The notes: generated from the sequence alone by a model not told the origin. Shown: positions 41,782 to 55,235, counted from the first letter of the stretch. The stretch: 64,000 nucleotides of DNA from an uncultured Acidobacteriota bacterium (GCA_963796275.1 CAWCKY010000001.1:800001-864000), one strand, 5' to 3'. Program-made: numbers and translations.

Positions 41782-42333
41782 TTACTTCTTCACCTTTGGC
41801 GGGTACTTCTTGAACATCTTCGTGACAGCCTTGTTAATAGTTTTTTCGACTTTCTCAAGCTTGTCGCTAAGCGTATCGCTCGCAGTCCCGCGCCAGACGT
41901 ACTTCTTGTTTTTGACATCGCCGATATCGACGATTAGTTGGCCTACTAGAATCTTATCCATATAGGTAGTCGTCGTGCCCATTCCTCCATAACCGGGCCA
42001 ACCATACGCCCAACCGGGCCCATAGATTCCCGTGTTGACGGTATTCATTTGGATATCAATGTCGGTCGCGGCGTGATACACAACGACCAGGTCAGGATTG
42101 TTATTAACCTCGACCTTTTGCAATCCCTTGGCGGTGAGCTGCGAGTCAATATCTTCGATTATTCGAGCATGCAGCATCGGAGTCTTGGCCGGAGTCCCAG
42201 TATCCCAGGTATAGGTCTTATAGCTTGAGAAGTCGGTGGACTTGTCCCAATCCACGTTGACCTTTTGCGCAAGCGCGCTGCCGTTCAAAATCGAAAAAAT
42301 ACTGAGATACAAAGCGATTCGTACTACCCTCAT
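41782..42333 (-). CDS. DUF4136-family secreted protein (paralog of 36771-37319)
   Basis: DFSSYKTY, LTAKGL, GQLIVDI, VWRGTAS, YPP. Confidence 0.87.
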   Translation of the reverse strand: MRVVRIALYLSIFSILNGSALAQKVNVDWDKSTDFSSYKTYTWDTGTPAKTPMLHARIIEDIDSQLTAKGLQKVEVNNNPDLVVVYHAATDIDIQMNTVNTGIYGPGWAYGWPGYGGMGTTTTYMDKILVGQLIVDIGDVKNKKYVWRGTASDTLSDKLEKVEKTINKAVTKMFKKYPPKVKK

Positions 42334-42855
42334 GATTTCCTTCCTATCTGGTTATCAACTCTGTGGCTGGGTAGATAATGGTTCAGTTTCTTCGGGAGGC
42401 AACTGAATCGGCTTCCATCCTCTGCATCATCGGACTACAGCGCACTTTCACGGTCACTTCGCGAGTATCGGACAAAAGGCAAATCAAAATCACAAATGTC
42501 AAATTATAAATGCCACCTGGTCGTCATCGACAACAAAGGCTATAAGATCTACTTCCTTCATTTTGCATTCACACGATTTGCTGGATGTGTGACGTTGAAT
42601 GTGGAATTACGCTCGGCTTTAACATCGCCATATCTCGCCGCTACTTTTAGACCTGGGTGTTCGGCTGATAGCCATTAGTACTGTTGGAATTGGAAGCTGG
42701 GTGTATGATTCTTTTATTGGATTTACAGAGAAATGTTAACAACATGCTGCAACCAAGTCAATGATCTCTATTTTCAGATAGGATTATACGTGAGGCAACC
42801 GGTATTCCTCGCCAGTCACCAGAGCAGATGCGCCTCGCAATATTTAAACGGGCAG

Positions 42856-43773
<918 letters not shown>

Positions 43774-43909
43774 GAAAAGCCTCCGGAACCTCGGAAGAAT
43801 CATTGAGTGAATATCTCCGCGAGGTCCACATCGGGGTGAGACTGGGGGCGCATTCAAATACAGGTTCAAATCGGTCGAATCAAATCCAGGTTCATGATAG
43901 CACGTTGTT

Positions 43910-44971
43910 TCAAGTACGATTTGACGAAATTTTACCTAAGACAAAACTTTTCAGGTCATCGAAGGTTTCGCAGCGGAACTCGATTTGTCCGGCGTAGATC
44001 GGTGCAGGCGATTGTCCGAGCAGTCCGCGGGGCAAGAGGGTCAAGTTGGCGGCATCTTTCTCTGTAGTGACGATAGCCTCTACTTGGGCTGCTCGCGCGA
44101 GATTCCAGATTTTTAAAAACTCATCGGCTTCGTAACGATGGTGGTCCGGAAAATCGATGCGTTGAACGACCTGAATTCCCAGGTTTTTCAGGTCGGTGAT
44201 GAATCTCTCAGGCCGGGCGATGCCGGAAAAGGCGGCCACCCGCTTCCTCGCCAGATCCTTCGCATCGAGCGTCTCGTTGGCGTCGATTCGCCGCATTTTT
44301 GTCATCTCGTGATGAGCATAGAATATCGGTATATCTGAATATTTCAGGATTGTGCGTTCAAGCGCATCCCGATTGAATATTCGATCGGAGCGGGTGACGA
44401 TGACCGCATCAGCGCGGCGCAACCCGCTCAAGGGCTCACGCAATCTTCCGGCGGGAAGCAACCCGGTCAATGGTTCCGTCGCATCGACCAGCGCCAGATT
44501 TAGGTCGCGCGCGAGTCGGAGGTGTTGAAAAGCGTCATCGAGTATGAAGACCGTCACCGGACTCTTCTCCGCGAGCCAATTGCCCGCCGCATAACGGTCG
44601 GCATCGGCCACCACGCGCACACCGGGACAGGAGTTTGCCAGAAGGTAGGGCTCATCGCCTGCCTCGATGGGGCTGCATAAAATCTCTTCACCGTTCGACA
44701 CTTCCACGCGTCCGCTGCTGCGTCGCTTGTAACCCCGGCTTAAAATAGCGACATTATGGCCTTCGTCTCGCAGAAAATTTGCCAGAAATGCCACGCAGGG
44801 AGTCTTCCCGGTTCCGCCCACCGATAAATTCCCGACGCTGATCACGGGCAAACTTAATCGGCGTGTTTTGAAAAAACCGTTCTCGTAGAGGGCGAGGCGG
44901 GCACGAACTGCCAGTTCATAAAGTTTGGCCGGAAGAACAAGCGGTGCGCGAATGACATTCGAACGGTTCAT
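43910..44971 (-). CDS. lpxK: Tetraacyldisaccharide 4'-kinase
   Basis: [32 protein letters not shown]. Confidence 0.96.
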   Translation of the reverse strand: MNRSNVIRAPLVLPAKLYELAVRARLALYENGFFKTRRLSLPVISVGNLSVGGTGKTPCVAFLANFLRDEGHNVAILSRGYKRRSSGRVEVSNGEEILCSPIEAGDEPYLLANSCPGVRVVADADRYAAGNWLAEKSPVTVFILDDAFQHLRLARDLNLALVDATEPLTGLLPAGRLREPLSGLRRADAVIVTRSDRIFNRDALERTILKYSDIPIFYAHHEMTKMRRIDANETLDAKDLARKRVAAFSGIARPERFITDLKNLGIQVVQRIDFPDHHRYEADEFLKIWNLARAAQVEAIVTTEKDAANLTLLPRGLLGQSPAPIYAGQIEFRCETFDDLKSFVLGKISSNRT

Positions 44972-44990
44972 TGATGTGTGCTGGCACTAG

Positions 44991-45291
44991 TACTACCGTG
45001 TCACAAAAACCGCGAATTTCCCTGGAAATTCGCATATGCGATCTGTGTACCGCCGCGTTGGGATCGCGGAGCCTTGGAGTGCGGTAGCTCGCTCGATACC
45101 GCTTTGGTAGTCAATTCCTTGACTTAGGCTGTCGCTTAAACTCACCTAGTGTCCTGCTACAGTGACCGAGAATTGGGGATTGCTCAGTTGTCCCGAAGAC
45201 AGCCAATGGAGCAATGGACTACTAAAGCGGTACCAAGCTACCCCCACTCCAAAGGCTCCGCTATCCTCTGAATATCAGTGACACAGTAGCA
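44991..45291. repeat. MITE-like/REP composite repeat, copy 2
   Basis: Termini TACTACCGTGTCAC / GTGACACAGTAGCA; internal TGGAGTGCGGTAG REP-like arms. Confidence 0.75.
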
Positions 45292-45411
45292 GTTGTCCTG
45301 CAGAAAAGCCCGGTAATTGTTTCTGATAAAAGAATGCAAAACGCGGTTGCATTTTTTCAAAGGCCATTACCGGGTTGATTAACAAGATAAATGTCAAAAT
45401 GTTAACAGAGA

Positions 45412-46731
45412 CTATATTCGTTCCATCAACTCGCCGATCAAGGCAAGCGTGCGCGCGGTCGCTCCGCTATTCTCTTCTACTGCTCTCCGCGCATTCTCCC
45501 CGACACTGTGAGCGCGCCTCTCATCGGTGAGCAGGTTGCAGAGAGCGCGCTTCAATTCACCAGCCGGATCTTCGCATATTGGTATCTGTATCAGAGCATC
45601 CCGGCACAGGAACTCATTTCTGATCTCACGGAAATTATCCATATATGGGCCGACGATGATCGGCCTGGCAAAGAATGCCGGCTCCAGAATGTTATGACCG
45701 CCCTTCGGGACGAGGCTTCCACCTACGAATACCACCGAGGCGAAACGGTAAAGTGTCGCCAGCTCACCTACCGTATCGAGCAGGATACAATCGGCTGAAT
45801 GCGACTCAGTCTTTCCCGAGTGGTCGAATGCCGAACGGCGAACATATTTCACCTCCATCGAGTCGAGCAGTTTTGCGACGTCGCTGAACCTCTCGGGATG
45901 TCTCGGGGCGACGAGCAATCGTAAATTCTTGAGACCGTCTTCCGCTCTTAATCGTCGGAAGGCCTCGATCACTATCTCTTCTTCACCGTTGGTGGTGCTG
46001 CCTGCCACGATGAGCGGTACAGAACTCAAAGCGAAAATCGATTCGAGCAGGCTCCCGGCCTCATCCGCCTTACGCGAACCCGCGGCATGACCGATATCAT
46101 ACTTGATGTTTCCGGTTACGCTGACACGCTCGGGACGAGCTCCCAGATGGATGGCGCGCTCAGCATCCGCTTGGCTCTGCATCGCGAACCGCGCTATTAG
46201 TCCGTATAACCTGCGCACAAAGAACCCGAACTTCTGTGACCTGGTAAACGAACGATCGGAGATGCGACCGTTTGCTACCAGTACCGGTATATTTCTTCGG
46301 CGGCATTCAGTGAGAAAATTGAGCCATAACTCCGATTCCATCAGTATCACGATTTGGGGTTGGATAGTGTTCAATGCCCGGCTGACACAAAAATTCCAGT
46401 CGAAAGGGAAGTAACAAAATCCTTCGGCTCCTGTAATCTTATCTCGCGCAATAGCTTGTCCGGTGGCCGTCGTGGTCGAAATGATCAATCTATGGCTTGG
46501 AAATCGTGCGCCCAGCTCCCGGACCAGCGAGCCTGCTGCCAGCGCTTCACCAACTGATACCGCGTGAAGCCAGATCGCAGGTCTTGCGTCATTCCTCAAG
46601 GAATCAGGGAGAATCCCCATCCGTTCACGGAAATTATTCAAGTATTTTCGGTGAAAGAGCGCCTGATAGACAAAATAAGGCAAGAGCGCGATGAAGGTCA
46701 GAGTGAGAAGCAGGCTATAGATAAGCTGCAT
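45412..46731 (-). CDS. waaA: 3-deoxy-D-manno-octulosonic acid transferase
   Basis: WLHAVSVGE, NGRISDRS, PRHPER, GGHNILEP. Confidence 0.96.
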   Translation of the reverse strand: MQLIYSLLLTLTFIALLPYFVYQALFHRKYLNNFRERMGILPDSLRNDARPAIWLHAVSVGEALAAGSLVRELGARFPSHRLIISTTTATGQAIARDKITGAEGFCYFPFDWNFCVSRALNTIQPQIVILMESELWLNFLTECRRRNIPVLVANGRISDRSFTRSQKFGFFVRRLYGLIARFAMQSQADAERAIHLGARPERVSVTGNIKYDIGHAAGSRKADEAGSLLESIFALSSVPLIVAGSTTNGEEEIVIEAFRRLRAEDGLKNLRLLVAPRHPERFSDVAKLLDSMEVKYVRRSAFDHSGKTESHSADCILLDTVGELATLYRFASVVFVGGSLVPKGGHNILEPAFFARPIIVGPYMDNFREIRNEFLCRDALIQIPICEDPAGELKRALCNLLTDERRAHSVGENARRAVEENSGATARTLALIGELMERI

Positions 46732-46732
46732 A

Positions 46733-46808
46733 AATTTGATAATTGAGAATGGAAAATTGATAATGAAGTGGGCCGCATTATCAATTATTCTCAATTACCC
46801 ATTATCCA
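46733..46808. repeat. Heptamer-periodic palindrome
   Basis: AATTGAG-AATGGAA-AATTGAT-AATG ... CATTATCAATT-ATTCTCAATT. Confidence 0.6.
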
Positions 46809-47372
46809 TTATTTCGCTCGCTCGATGTATCGACCTTCGGTTGTATCGACGCGGATTTTTTCGCCCTGTTTGATAAAAGCAGGGACTTGAATAATGATCC
46901 CTGTTTCCAGTTTCGCGGGCTTGCCGACGTTACTTACGGTGGCGCCTTTTATTTCCGGTTCGGTTTCAACGACCTTCAATTCGACGACTTGCGGAATATC
47001 GATTCCGATGGGCGCGCCTTCATAAAATTGCACCTGGATGACCGTATCGGTCAGAAGATAGCCGACGGCATCGCCGAGCTCTTCCGCGCTCAGTCCGATC
47101 TGCTCGTAGGTCTCTGTGTTCATGAAAAAATAGATATCGCCTTCGTTATAGAGATAGGTCATCTCGTGATCATCGAGGATCGCGCGTTCGACGGCGTCCG
47201 TCGAGCGGTAGCGATGCTCAGTGGTCGAGCCCGACTTCAGATTGCGCAGCTTGGTCTGCACCATCGCGCGCAGATTGCCGGGCGTATGATGGTGAAAGTC
47301 GACGACTTTGTGCGGCACGCCATTGTGTATGAGGACCATTCCTTTGCGGATCTGTGTTGCTTGAATAGCCAT
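46809..47372 (-). CDS. efp: Elongation factor P
   Basis: TPGNLRA loop, [16 protein letters not shown]. Confidence 0.97.
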   Translation of the reverse strand: MAIQATQIRKGMVLIHNGVPHKVVDFHHHTPGNLRAMVQTKLRNLKSGSTTEHRYRSTDAVERAILDDHEMTYLYNEGDIYFFMNTETYEQIGLSAEELGDAVGYLLTDTVIQVQFYEGAPIGIDIPQVVELKVVETEPEIKGATVSNVGKPAKLETGIIIQVPAFIKQGEKIRVDTTEGRYIERAK

Positions 47373-47489
47373 TATTGAATCAGCTCCTCGCCCAATAAAT
47401 ATGTGGGGGCAGAAAAGCTGATAAGATAACTAACCAGCTGCAATGGGTCAAGTAGAGCACAGCTTTACAAAAAACCGGGCGGGTGGGTA

Positions 47490-47518
47490 TTGACCGGCCA
47501 TACTTCGTAAGATAGTAT
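47490..47518 (+). promoter_or_regulatory. Sigma70 promoter of 6S RNA
   Basis: TTGACC, 17 bp, TAGTAT. Confidence 0.7.
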
Positions 47519-47530
47519 GCCTTTCGCTGC

Positions 47531-47720
47531 GGGACTTCTGCAAAGTTAGTGAACGGTGGCAATTCAATTTGAGCCAATTCATTTGATTGGGAGGCCAACG
47601 CACAAACCTGACGGCAGGCATACTCGTCACCGTACGAGGAGCCACAGTCGCAGGGCTAAGGTCACCCACCTGTCTCAGGCAGGTTCAAATGAAGCCCCGC
47701 CACGGCCAAGCGGAAGTCCC
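47531..47720 (+). ncRNA. ssrS: 6S RNA
   Basis: Closing stem GGGACTTCTGC/GCGGAAGTCCC; TTGAGCC..TGGGAG and CACCCACCTG..GGTTCAAA central-bubble motifs; about 190 nt; upstream of ymdB. Confidence 0.88.
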
Positions 47721-47786
47721 TAGTATCCAGCTCCCTTCGCTTAATGATTTCATTCAATTATACTCGGCAGAGAAAGGCACCGTGCG

Positions 47787-48569
47787 ATGATCCGAGTGAT
47801 AATGATCGGTGACACGATGGCGCGGAGCGGTCGCCGTGTTCTCGAAGAACGCCTACATGATCTCCGTGCATCTCGCGAGATAGATTTCGTCGTCGCGAAT
47901 ATTGAAAACGCAGCGGGCGGATTTTCCATCACGCCACGGATTGCGGCAGACCTCCTGGCAGCCGGAGTTGATGTTATGACCTCCGGCAACCATATTTTCG
48001 ATAAAAAAGAAATCCTCGATTACATCGAGAAAGAGCCGCGGTTGTTGCGGCCTGCTAATTATGCGGTCGGTGTGCCCGGGAAAGGCCGGTGGGTCGGAAG
48101 GGTAAAAGGCATCCCCATCGCCGTCATCAATTTGCAGGGGCGCGTCTTTATGCCGCCGAGTGACGATCCATTCCGCGCAGCCGACGCGCAGCTTGCCGCG
48201 CTTGAACCGGCAGTTAAGATCATCCTGGTCGATATGCACGCCGAAACGACGTCGGAGAAGATGGCTATGGGCCGTTACCTCGATGGGCGGGTCTCGGCAG
48301 TCGTCGGCACACATACACACGTCCAGACGGCGGACGAACAAGTACTGCCTGGTGGAACGGCCTACATCTCAGACCTCGGCATGACCGGCCCGCACGATGG
48401 TGTGATAGGAATGCGTACCGATATCGTAATCGACCGGTTCCTGCGCGGTCTTCCGATAAAATTCGAGCCGAGCGAAGGCGAGATCAAGCTCAACGGGTTG
48501 ATTGCCGAAATCGATGAAGCTACAGGTCACGCGATGCGTGTGGAGCGAGTGAGTTTGTCTCATCACTAA
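47787..48569 (+). CDS. ymdB: YmdB-family metallophosphoesterase
   Basis: [38 protein letters not shown]. Confidence 0.95.
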   Translation: MIRVIMIGDTMARSGRRVLEERLHDLRASREIDFVVANIENAAGGFSITPRIAADLLAAGVDVMTSGNHIFDKKEILDYIEKEPRLLRPANYAVGVPGKGRWVGRVKGIPIAVINLQGRVFMPPSDDPFRAADAQLAALEPAVKIILVDMHAETTSEKMAMGRYLDGRVSAVVGTHTHVQTADEQVLPGGTAYISDLGMTGPHDGVIGMRTDIVIDRFLRGLPIKFEPSEGEIKLNGLIAEIDEATGHAMRVERVSLSHH

Positions 48570-48580
48570 TCAAATCTGAA

Positions 48581-48672
48581 AAGAAGAATACGAAACATAA
48601 GAAAATAAGCGAAACATACGAAATAGCTCACGGTTCGTTTGTCTCGTTTATTTTGTTTTATTGTATTCTCTT
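48581..48672. repeat. Imperfect palindrome related to 27031-27129
   Basis: AGAATACGAAA...TTGTATTCT with about 9-nt internal periodicity. Confidence 0.55.
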
Positions 48673-48683
48673 GGCATTTCTAT

Positions 48684-49811
<1,128 letters not shown>

Positions 49812-49836
49812 GGACATATTGGAGAATGTCGCCCTA

Positions 49837-51168
49837 TCACCCAACGCTGACCTTTTCTGTGTTTGGTGGTGTAGCTATGTGATTTTTACGGCCAATTCTT
49901 TTATTAGGGTCAATTCGAAGAAAGAGAAATGCGCCCAACAGACACAGACTGCCCGCCAGAAGAAAAGGCGCGTCCCAGTTGTAATATTTCACCATTCTCC
50001 CGACCGCAACTGATGCCAGTAAACCGCCCAGATTCCCGCACATATTCATCACTCCGGAGACTGATCCCGCGTACTCCGGACAGATATCCATAGCCACCGC
50101 CCACGATACGCCGACAGTAAGCTCAAGAAAAAACAGAGCAGCCGTAGTGAAAGCGACGCAGACATAGCGGTCGTCTGTCAACGTGGCCGGAATGATGCAA
50201 AGAGCGGCGACCGCGAACCCGACAATAGCCACGGCGCGCCGCGCAAATCGCAGATTTCCCGTGCGCCGAGCCAGGTGGTCTGAAAGCCATCCGCCCACGG
50301 AATCGCCAACGGTGGCAGAGGACAACGGAATCATGTGCCAGAACCCCATCTGAATCAGGCTGAAGCCTCGAGATTCCTGCAGGTAAGTGGGAAACCACGT
50401 CAGGTATATCCAGATGCTGTAGGCGTAGCAGAAATACATGAGGCAGATCAGCCAAAGGTTTCCACTCGATACAATCTTGCCCCACGGCACTTGATGAGGC
50501 GCAACGGGTATGGAGGCGTCAGAGGCTCGGCTTTGGTGAATGATAGCCAATTCCGCGGAATTGACCGACGAATGTTGATCCGGACGGTCGCGATAATACC
50601 AATACCATATGGCCGCCCAGACGGCGCCGATCAGGCCGAAGATGACGAAAACACTGCGCCATCCCAGTGTGGTCATGATGAAGACTACTATCGGCGGCGT
50701 TATCGCCGCGCCCAGGCGAGCGCCTGAATGGGTTATTCCCTGCGCGAACCCGCGCTCGCTTGCCGGCAGCCAATAGGAGAGAGCCCGAGTCGCTGTAGGA
50801 AATGCGCCCGCTTCGCCGATTCCGAAGAGGAAGCGGAAAGACACCATCGACCATTTACCCCAGGCGAGCGCGGTGACTGCGGTAAAAACTGACCACCAGA
50901 AAACGATCGCGGTCAAAACTCGGCGCGGGCCGAAACGGTCGCCGAGCCAGCCACCCGGAATCTGAAACAGCGCATAAGATAAGTTGAACGCGCCGAATAT
51001 CAATCCCATTGTCTCCAGGCCGAACCCAAATTCTCTACGGATCTCCGAAGCCGCATGCCCGATGCAGATGCGATCCATGTAGGTGATCATGTATACGATC
51101 ACCGTAAGCCACAGCACACGGTGCCTGATGCCGCTGGGATGATGCTGTACGGTAGGGGATGCGACCAT
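49837..51168 (-). CDS. MFS anion:cation symporter (sugar-acid/GudP-like)
   Basis: YMDR, GWLGDRFGPR, GEAGAFP, ERG. Confidence 0.92.
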   Translation of the reverse strand: MVASPTVQHHPSGIRHRVLWLTVIVYMITYMDRICIGHAASEIRREFGFGLETMGLIFGAFNLSYALFQIPGGWLGDRFGPRRVLTAIVFWWSVFTAVTALAWGKWSMVSFRFLFGIGEAGAFPTATRALSYWLPASERGFAQGITHSGARLGAAITPPIVVFIMTTLGWRSVFVIFGLIGAVWAAIWYWYYRDRPDQHSSVNSAELAIIHQSRASDASIPVAPHQVPWGKIVSSGNLWLICLMYFCYAYSIWIYLTWFPTYLQESRGFSLIQMGFWHMIPLSSATVGDSVGGWLSDHLARRTGNLRFARRAVAIVGFAVAALCIIPATLTDDRYVCVAFTTAALFFLELTVGVSWAVAMDICPEYAGSVSGVMNMCGNLGGLLASVAVGRMVKYYNWDAPFLLAGSLCLLGAFLFLRIDPNKRIGRKNHIATPPNTEKVSVG

Positions 51169-51238
51169 TTCGGTACGTTTTGTCTGCGAATCGGTAACCG
51201 CCCGCGGCCACTGTTTAAGTACTCTGGCAGCTGAGATT

Positions 51239-51307
51239 TTTGATATTGCTGTAGCCCGCGAAGCGGTCTAGAACAATATCAAAAACCTTTGTTTCCACAG
51301 TATTAAG
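51239..51307. repeat. 67-bp dispersed hairpin repeat, copy 2
   Basis: Reverse complement of 36608-36674. Confidence 0.8.
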
Positions 51308-51464
51308 TCAAGGGGTTATAAGTTGTATGACCGATAAGATGTTGCTACTCGGGAGCCCCGAAAAGCAAAACAATGAGTAAGGGTTAGTTTCCCCTCCGGG
51401 ATTATCCCCTTATTCAATGCGATTGCCTTTCAGGGCTTGATAGAATCAATCTTTTTAAAGATCC

Positions 51465-52577
51465 TTAGTATCCGCGTGCCTTGTCAACTACGTTCATCAG
51501 AGGAACCCCATTGCTATAGCGGCGGACGTTCTCCGCCACGAGCGCTACGAGCCGCACCTGCCTGATTGGGGCAGCTCCCGAGTTGTGCGGAGTGATGACC
51601 AGGTTCGGGCAATCCCAGAGCGGGTTGTCGGGCGGCAAAGGTTCCGGCATTGCCACATCGAGGCCCGCTCCACGAATCCATTTCTCTTTGAGCGCTTTGA
51701 CCAGCGCATCCTGATCGACGAGCCCGCCGCGGGAGACGTTGATAAAGTACGAGGTAGGTTTCATTTTGCGAAATACGCTCTCGTTGAACATTGACCGTGT
51801 TATCTTGGTCAGGGGAGCGGCGCTCATCAGGACATCTACCTGCGGCACCATCTGCGGGAGCCAGCTGGGATCGTGCAACTCCGCCACAAATGCAGGTTTG
51901 GGCAGAGGCTTCGCATCGGTGGCGAGCACGCGCATCTCGAAGCCGTAATGAAGGCGGCGTGCGGTCTCCGTCCCGATCCCACCCATCCCGACGATGCCGA
52001 TGGTTTTGCGGTAGAGGTCATCTAGCGGGGCACTGCCTTGCCCACTTATCCACTTGCGCTCTTTGAAGGCAGGGATCGAGTCTTGCGTCAACCCTCGCGT
52101 CAGGCTGAGAAGGAGACCGATCGCTGTTTCAGCGATGACCGGCGCGAATATGCGCTGCATATTGGTCAGCACGCTCGGATGTTCCATCAGTTCTTTCGGG
52201 AGGTTCTCGACCCCGGCGGCCCAGGTCTGGACCCATTTGAGTTTCTTAGCGGCCAGCATCGTCTCGCTATCCACCACACCCAGAATTACCTCTGCATCCG
52301 CAACGTGGTGTTTCAATTCCGAGCGATCGGAGAGCATGCGCAGATCTATATTTTTACCGGCAGATCGTATCTGCTCAACTTCGGCAGGCGCCAATTTCTC
52401 GGCACAGACGATCTTGATCGTACCGGGAGAAGGATTTGAATCGACTACCGCATGGTTGGAGACAACGACCGGAGCATTGGAAGTACCGGGAGTCTGATTA
52501 TTCGCCCAAGCGGTTACTGTTCCGGTTGTCGCCAATCCGGCGAGAAAATTTCGTCTTGAAAGATTGTCGTCAGACAT
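51465..52577 (-). CDS. D-2-hydroxyacid dehydrogenase with Tat-like N-terminus
   Basis: SRRNFL; GIVGMGGIG, NVSRG, LDV..PEP, TPHNS. Confidence 0.9.
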   Translation of the reverse strand: MSDDNLSRRNFLAGLATTGTVTAWANNQTPGTSNAPVVVSNHAVVDSNPSPGTIKIVCAEKLAPAEVEQIRSAGKNIDLRMLSDRSELKHHVADAEVILGVVDSETMLAAKKLKWVQTWAAGVENLPKELMEHPSVLTNMQRIFAPVIAETAIGLLLSLTRGLTQDSIPAFKERKWISGQGSAPLDDLYRKTIGIVGMGGIGTETARRLHYGFEMRVLATDAKPLPKPAFVAELHDPSWLPQMVPQVDVLMSAAPLTKITRSMFNESVFRKMKPTSYFINVSRGGLVDQDALVKALKEKWIRGAGLDVAMPEPLPPDNPLWDCPNLVITPHNSGAAPIRQVRLVALVAENVRRYSNGVPLMNVVDKARGY

Positions 52578-52819
52578 AAATATCACCTCCTCAGAATCTA
52601 GTTTGGAGCCTTTAGGCGGTTGTACTTTTGACTGCCTGAGCGATCTCCAAACGCGTTTTCAATGTTTCAGGGCGTCGCACGGCGACAGATCGAATTCCTC
52701 TGAATAATTACTGTAGTTTGTCGAACCTGCGGAGGCCCATATTTATGAGTAGTTCAGTTACCGCTGAGCGGGCTTGCTGCGGAAGCCTTCCGCCGGCTGG
52801 CCGCCCTGCGGTGTAAAGC

Positions 52820-53752
52820 TCAATGCGGGGCGGCGGAATCTCTCAAATGCGCGATGTTCGGATATCCGTTCATAGCCAGGCGGCAGGAAGGCCCGGGGCC
52901 GTAAAAGCGCGGCGCGTGAAATGTGAATATCGGAGCGTAAACCACATCACCTTCTTCGGCGATGATAACGCCCTGTCCCTCGATCGGATAACGTATCTGA
53001 CCGGCCATGACCAGCCAGAATTCTGCGCATTCGGGGTGGTAGTGGCCGCGATCCTTGGGATTGAGCGGCGGCAGATTTTTCTCGTAGCCGTAGATGATAT
53101 TGGCGACAGCGCGATCGTCATGCACAAAACGGCTCCCCTTGTATCCCGACGACTTCGCCAGCTCGTATAGATTGATGTGAGGTTGATTTCCGCGATCGTA
53201 CGGGCCTGGCTTGCGATTGAGGGTGACCGGAATCCAATCGATGCCCGGTATTTTGGGCGGTTCCACGTCTCTCGGATACAGAGTCTTAGCTTTCGCTATA
53301 TTGACCTCAAATCGCAGCGAAGGCTTATCTCCGATGGTCTCCATCGAGTAGATGGTTTGCATGGGGACCTGAACCATGGAGCCCTTGGTCGCCACCAACG
53401 GATCCTGGCCTTCGATCTCGAAGCGTATCTCGCCATCCATCACGATCCACCACTCTCGAGTGTCCGGGTGAAAACGCTTGGATACCTTGGTTCCGGCGGC
53501 TGTAGAAATGTAAGCCGCATTTAAATGATCGTCATCCACAACCAACTCTTTCCAATCGGCTTCGCCTTTGTGTTTGACTTTAAGATCAGCGAGCCGCGTG
53601 TGAGGTTTGTGGGGCGGGACATATTTTGTTGGTTGCTTCGGTTTCGGTGCCCAGCTGGGAGGCTCCTGACTGCTGACCCCTGGTTGAATCGTAATAAGTG
53701 ATAAGAACGCGATTGCCAATGCGCTTGCTGCGATGGGTACCCTACTGTTCAT
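52820..53752 (-). CDS. Secreted bicupin protein
   Basis: Signal peptide; FHPDTREWW and HYHPECAEFW cupin motifs. Confidence 0.8.
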   Translation of the reverse strand: MNSRVPIAASALAIAFLSLITIQPGVSSQEPPSWAPKPKQPTKYVPPHKPHTRLADLKVKHKGEADWKELVVDDDHLNAAYISTAAGTKVSKRFHPDTREWWIVMDGEIRFEIEGQDPLVATKGSMVQVPMQTIYSMETIGDKPSLRFEVNIAKAKTLYPRDVEPPKIPGIDWIPVTLNRKPGPYDRGNQPHINLYELAKSSGYKGSRFVHDDRAVANIIYGYEKNLPPLNPKDRGHYHPECAEFWLVMAGQIRYPIEGQGVIIAEEGDVVYAPIFTFHAPRFYGPGPSCRLAMNGYPNIAHLRDSAAPH

Positions 53753-53861
53753 AGTTACCTCCGATTATGGTGCTCAACTATCGCTGCTCTTGCACGAATT
53801 ATGCATGGGAGTATTTTGAAAGGATCGATTTCTCGGCTTTCAAATAACTTTTTGCAATTGA

Positions 53862-55223
53862 TTAATTAACCTCTCGTCCCCCAATCCACACTTTGTTGAT
53901 CTTTCGCGTGTTCTTAATGTCGGCCAGTGGGTCGGCATCCAGCAAAATCATATCGGCACGTTTGCCATTTGCGAGCGTGCCAAAATTGCCGGAAATATGC
54001 AGCGCAGCCGCGGCATTCGACGTAGCAGCCTGAAGTGCCTGCGCGGGAGTCAACCCCGCCTCGACCATCAACTCCAGCTCACGATGTTCAAAGAATCCCT
54101 GAAACCGCGCTGGCGGTCCGGTGTCTGTTCCGAAGGCAACGGGGATTCCCGCATCCCAGAGCTTTTTGAGATTTTTCTGTCCCATCTTGAGCTGCCCCGG
54201 ATACTTGGAAAAATCCGGATCGGACTTGACTCTGGCCCCATAAGCCGGGTCTTTCAGTTTGCTCACGATCTCCGGAGCGATCCAGCGGCTGAAGAAAGGT
54301 TCGTCCAGGAATGCAGGCGGGGTTGCGTATATGAATGTCGATTCTTCGCGCACTAGAGTAGGGACTGCGAAAGTATTTTTCTCCTTCAGCGACCGGATCA
54401 AGGCATCGTCAATCTCTTGATCCCTCACGCTGTGAGCCATCCCGTCTAAGCCGGCCGCCACGAGGTCCTTCGCATCCTCCAGGTAGAATATGTGCGCCAT
54501 CACGCGCAGCCCGTGCTTGTGCGCTTCGGAGATGATGGCGCGATAGAGTTCAGGCCTGATCTTTTTATAGTGGCCCCAATGATCGTCGACCCAGATCTTC
54601 ACCATATCGACTTTTTGCCGCGCCAGTTCCGCAACCTGTGCCCGAACTTCTTCGACGCTGTCGACTTCTCGTTGCACGCCCGCATTTCCGGGCATCACTA
54701 CCGGATATCCGGCCTTCCCGGTGAAGCCGCGCCCAGCCGTGAAGACTGCGGCCCGCGGGCTCTCCTGCGGTTTTGCAGGGCCACGAACCTTGAAGATCGC
54801 ATCGAAATCCGAGCCGAGGCTCATGACCGTGCTGACGCCGTAACGGGCATATAGACGCAGTTGCTCCACAATATTTTCTTCGGTGTAATTCTCGGGACCG
54901 GCCTTCAACCCTCGGGTCATCCCGACATGACCGTGGGCGTTGATCAGCCCCGGAATGAGAGTCTTGCCCTCACCGGAAATCACGGTGGCACCTTGGGGGA
55001 TGGAGGTAGAGGCGGGCGGGCCGATGGCCTGGATACGACCGTCGCTTACCACAACGCGGCCATCGCGGATCGTTGGCCGGCCGCTGCCGTCCCAAATGTC
55101 GGCTCCGTCGATGACAAAGGTGGACGCGAAATTTGCGTGACTGGTCTTCCGTGGATATGGATCCATCAGGATTGACAGGCAGATGAAGAATAGGAGGCCG
55201 AAACAGACGAGTTTTTTGTTCAT
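53862..55223 (-). CDS. Secreted amidohydrolase family protein
   Basis: PGLINAHGH, VKIW, AH, FGTD, GKRAD. Confidence 0.9.
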   Translation of the reverse strand: MNKKLVCFGLLFFICLSILMDPYPRKTSHANFASTFVIDGADIWDGSGRPTIRDGRVVVSDGRIQAIGPPASTSIPQGATVISGEGKTLIPGLINAHGHVGMTRGLKAGPENYTEENIVEQLRLYARYGVSTVMSLGSDFDAIFKVRGPAKPQESPRAAVFTAGRGFTGKAGYPVVMPGNAGVQREVDSVEEVRAQVAELARQKVDMVKIWVDDHWGHYKKIRPELYRAIISEAHKHGLRVMAHIFYLEDAKDLVAAGLDGMAHSVRDQEIDDALIRSLKEKNTFAVPTLVREESTFIYATPPAFLDEPFFSRWIAPEIVSKLKDPAYGARVKSDPDFSKYPGQLKMGQKNLKKLWDAGIPVAFGTDTGPPARFQGFFEHRELELMVEAGLTPAQALQAATSNAAAALHISGNFGTLANGKRADMILLDADPLADIKNTRKINKVWIGGREVN

Positions 55224-55235
55224 AGTGATAATCGC

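Noticed and set aside
47531-47720. Novel ncRNA between efp and ymdB
   Set aside because: Matches ordinary 6S RNA features
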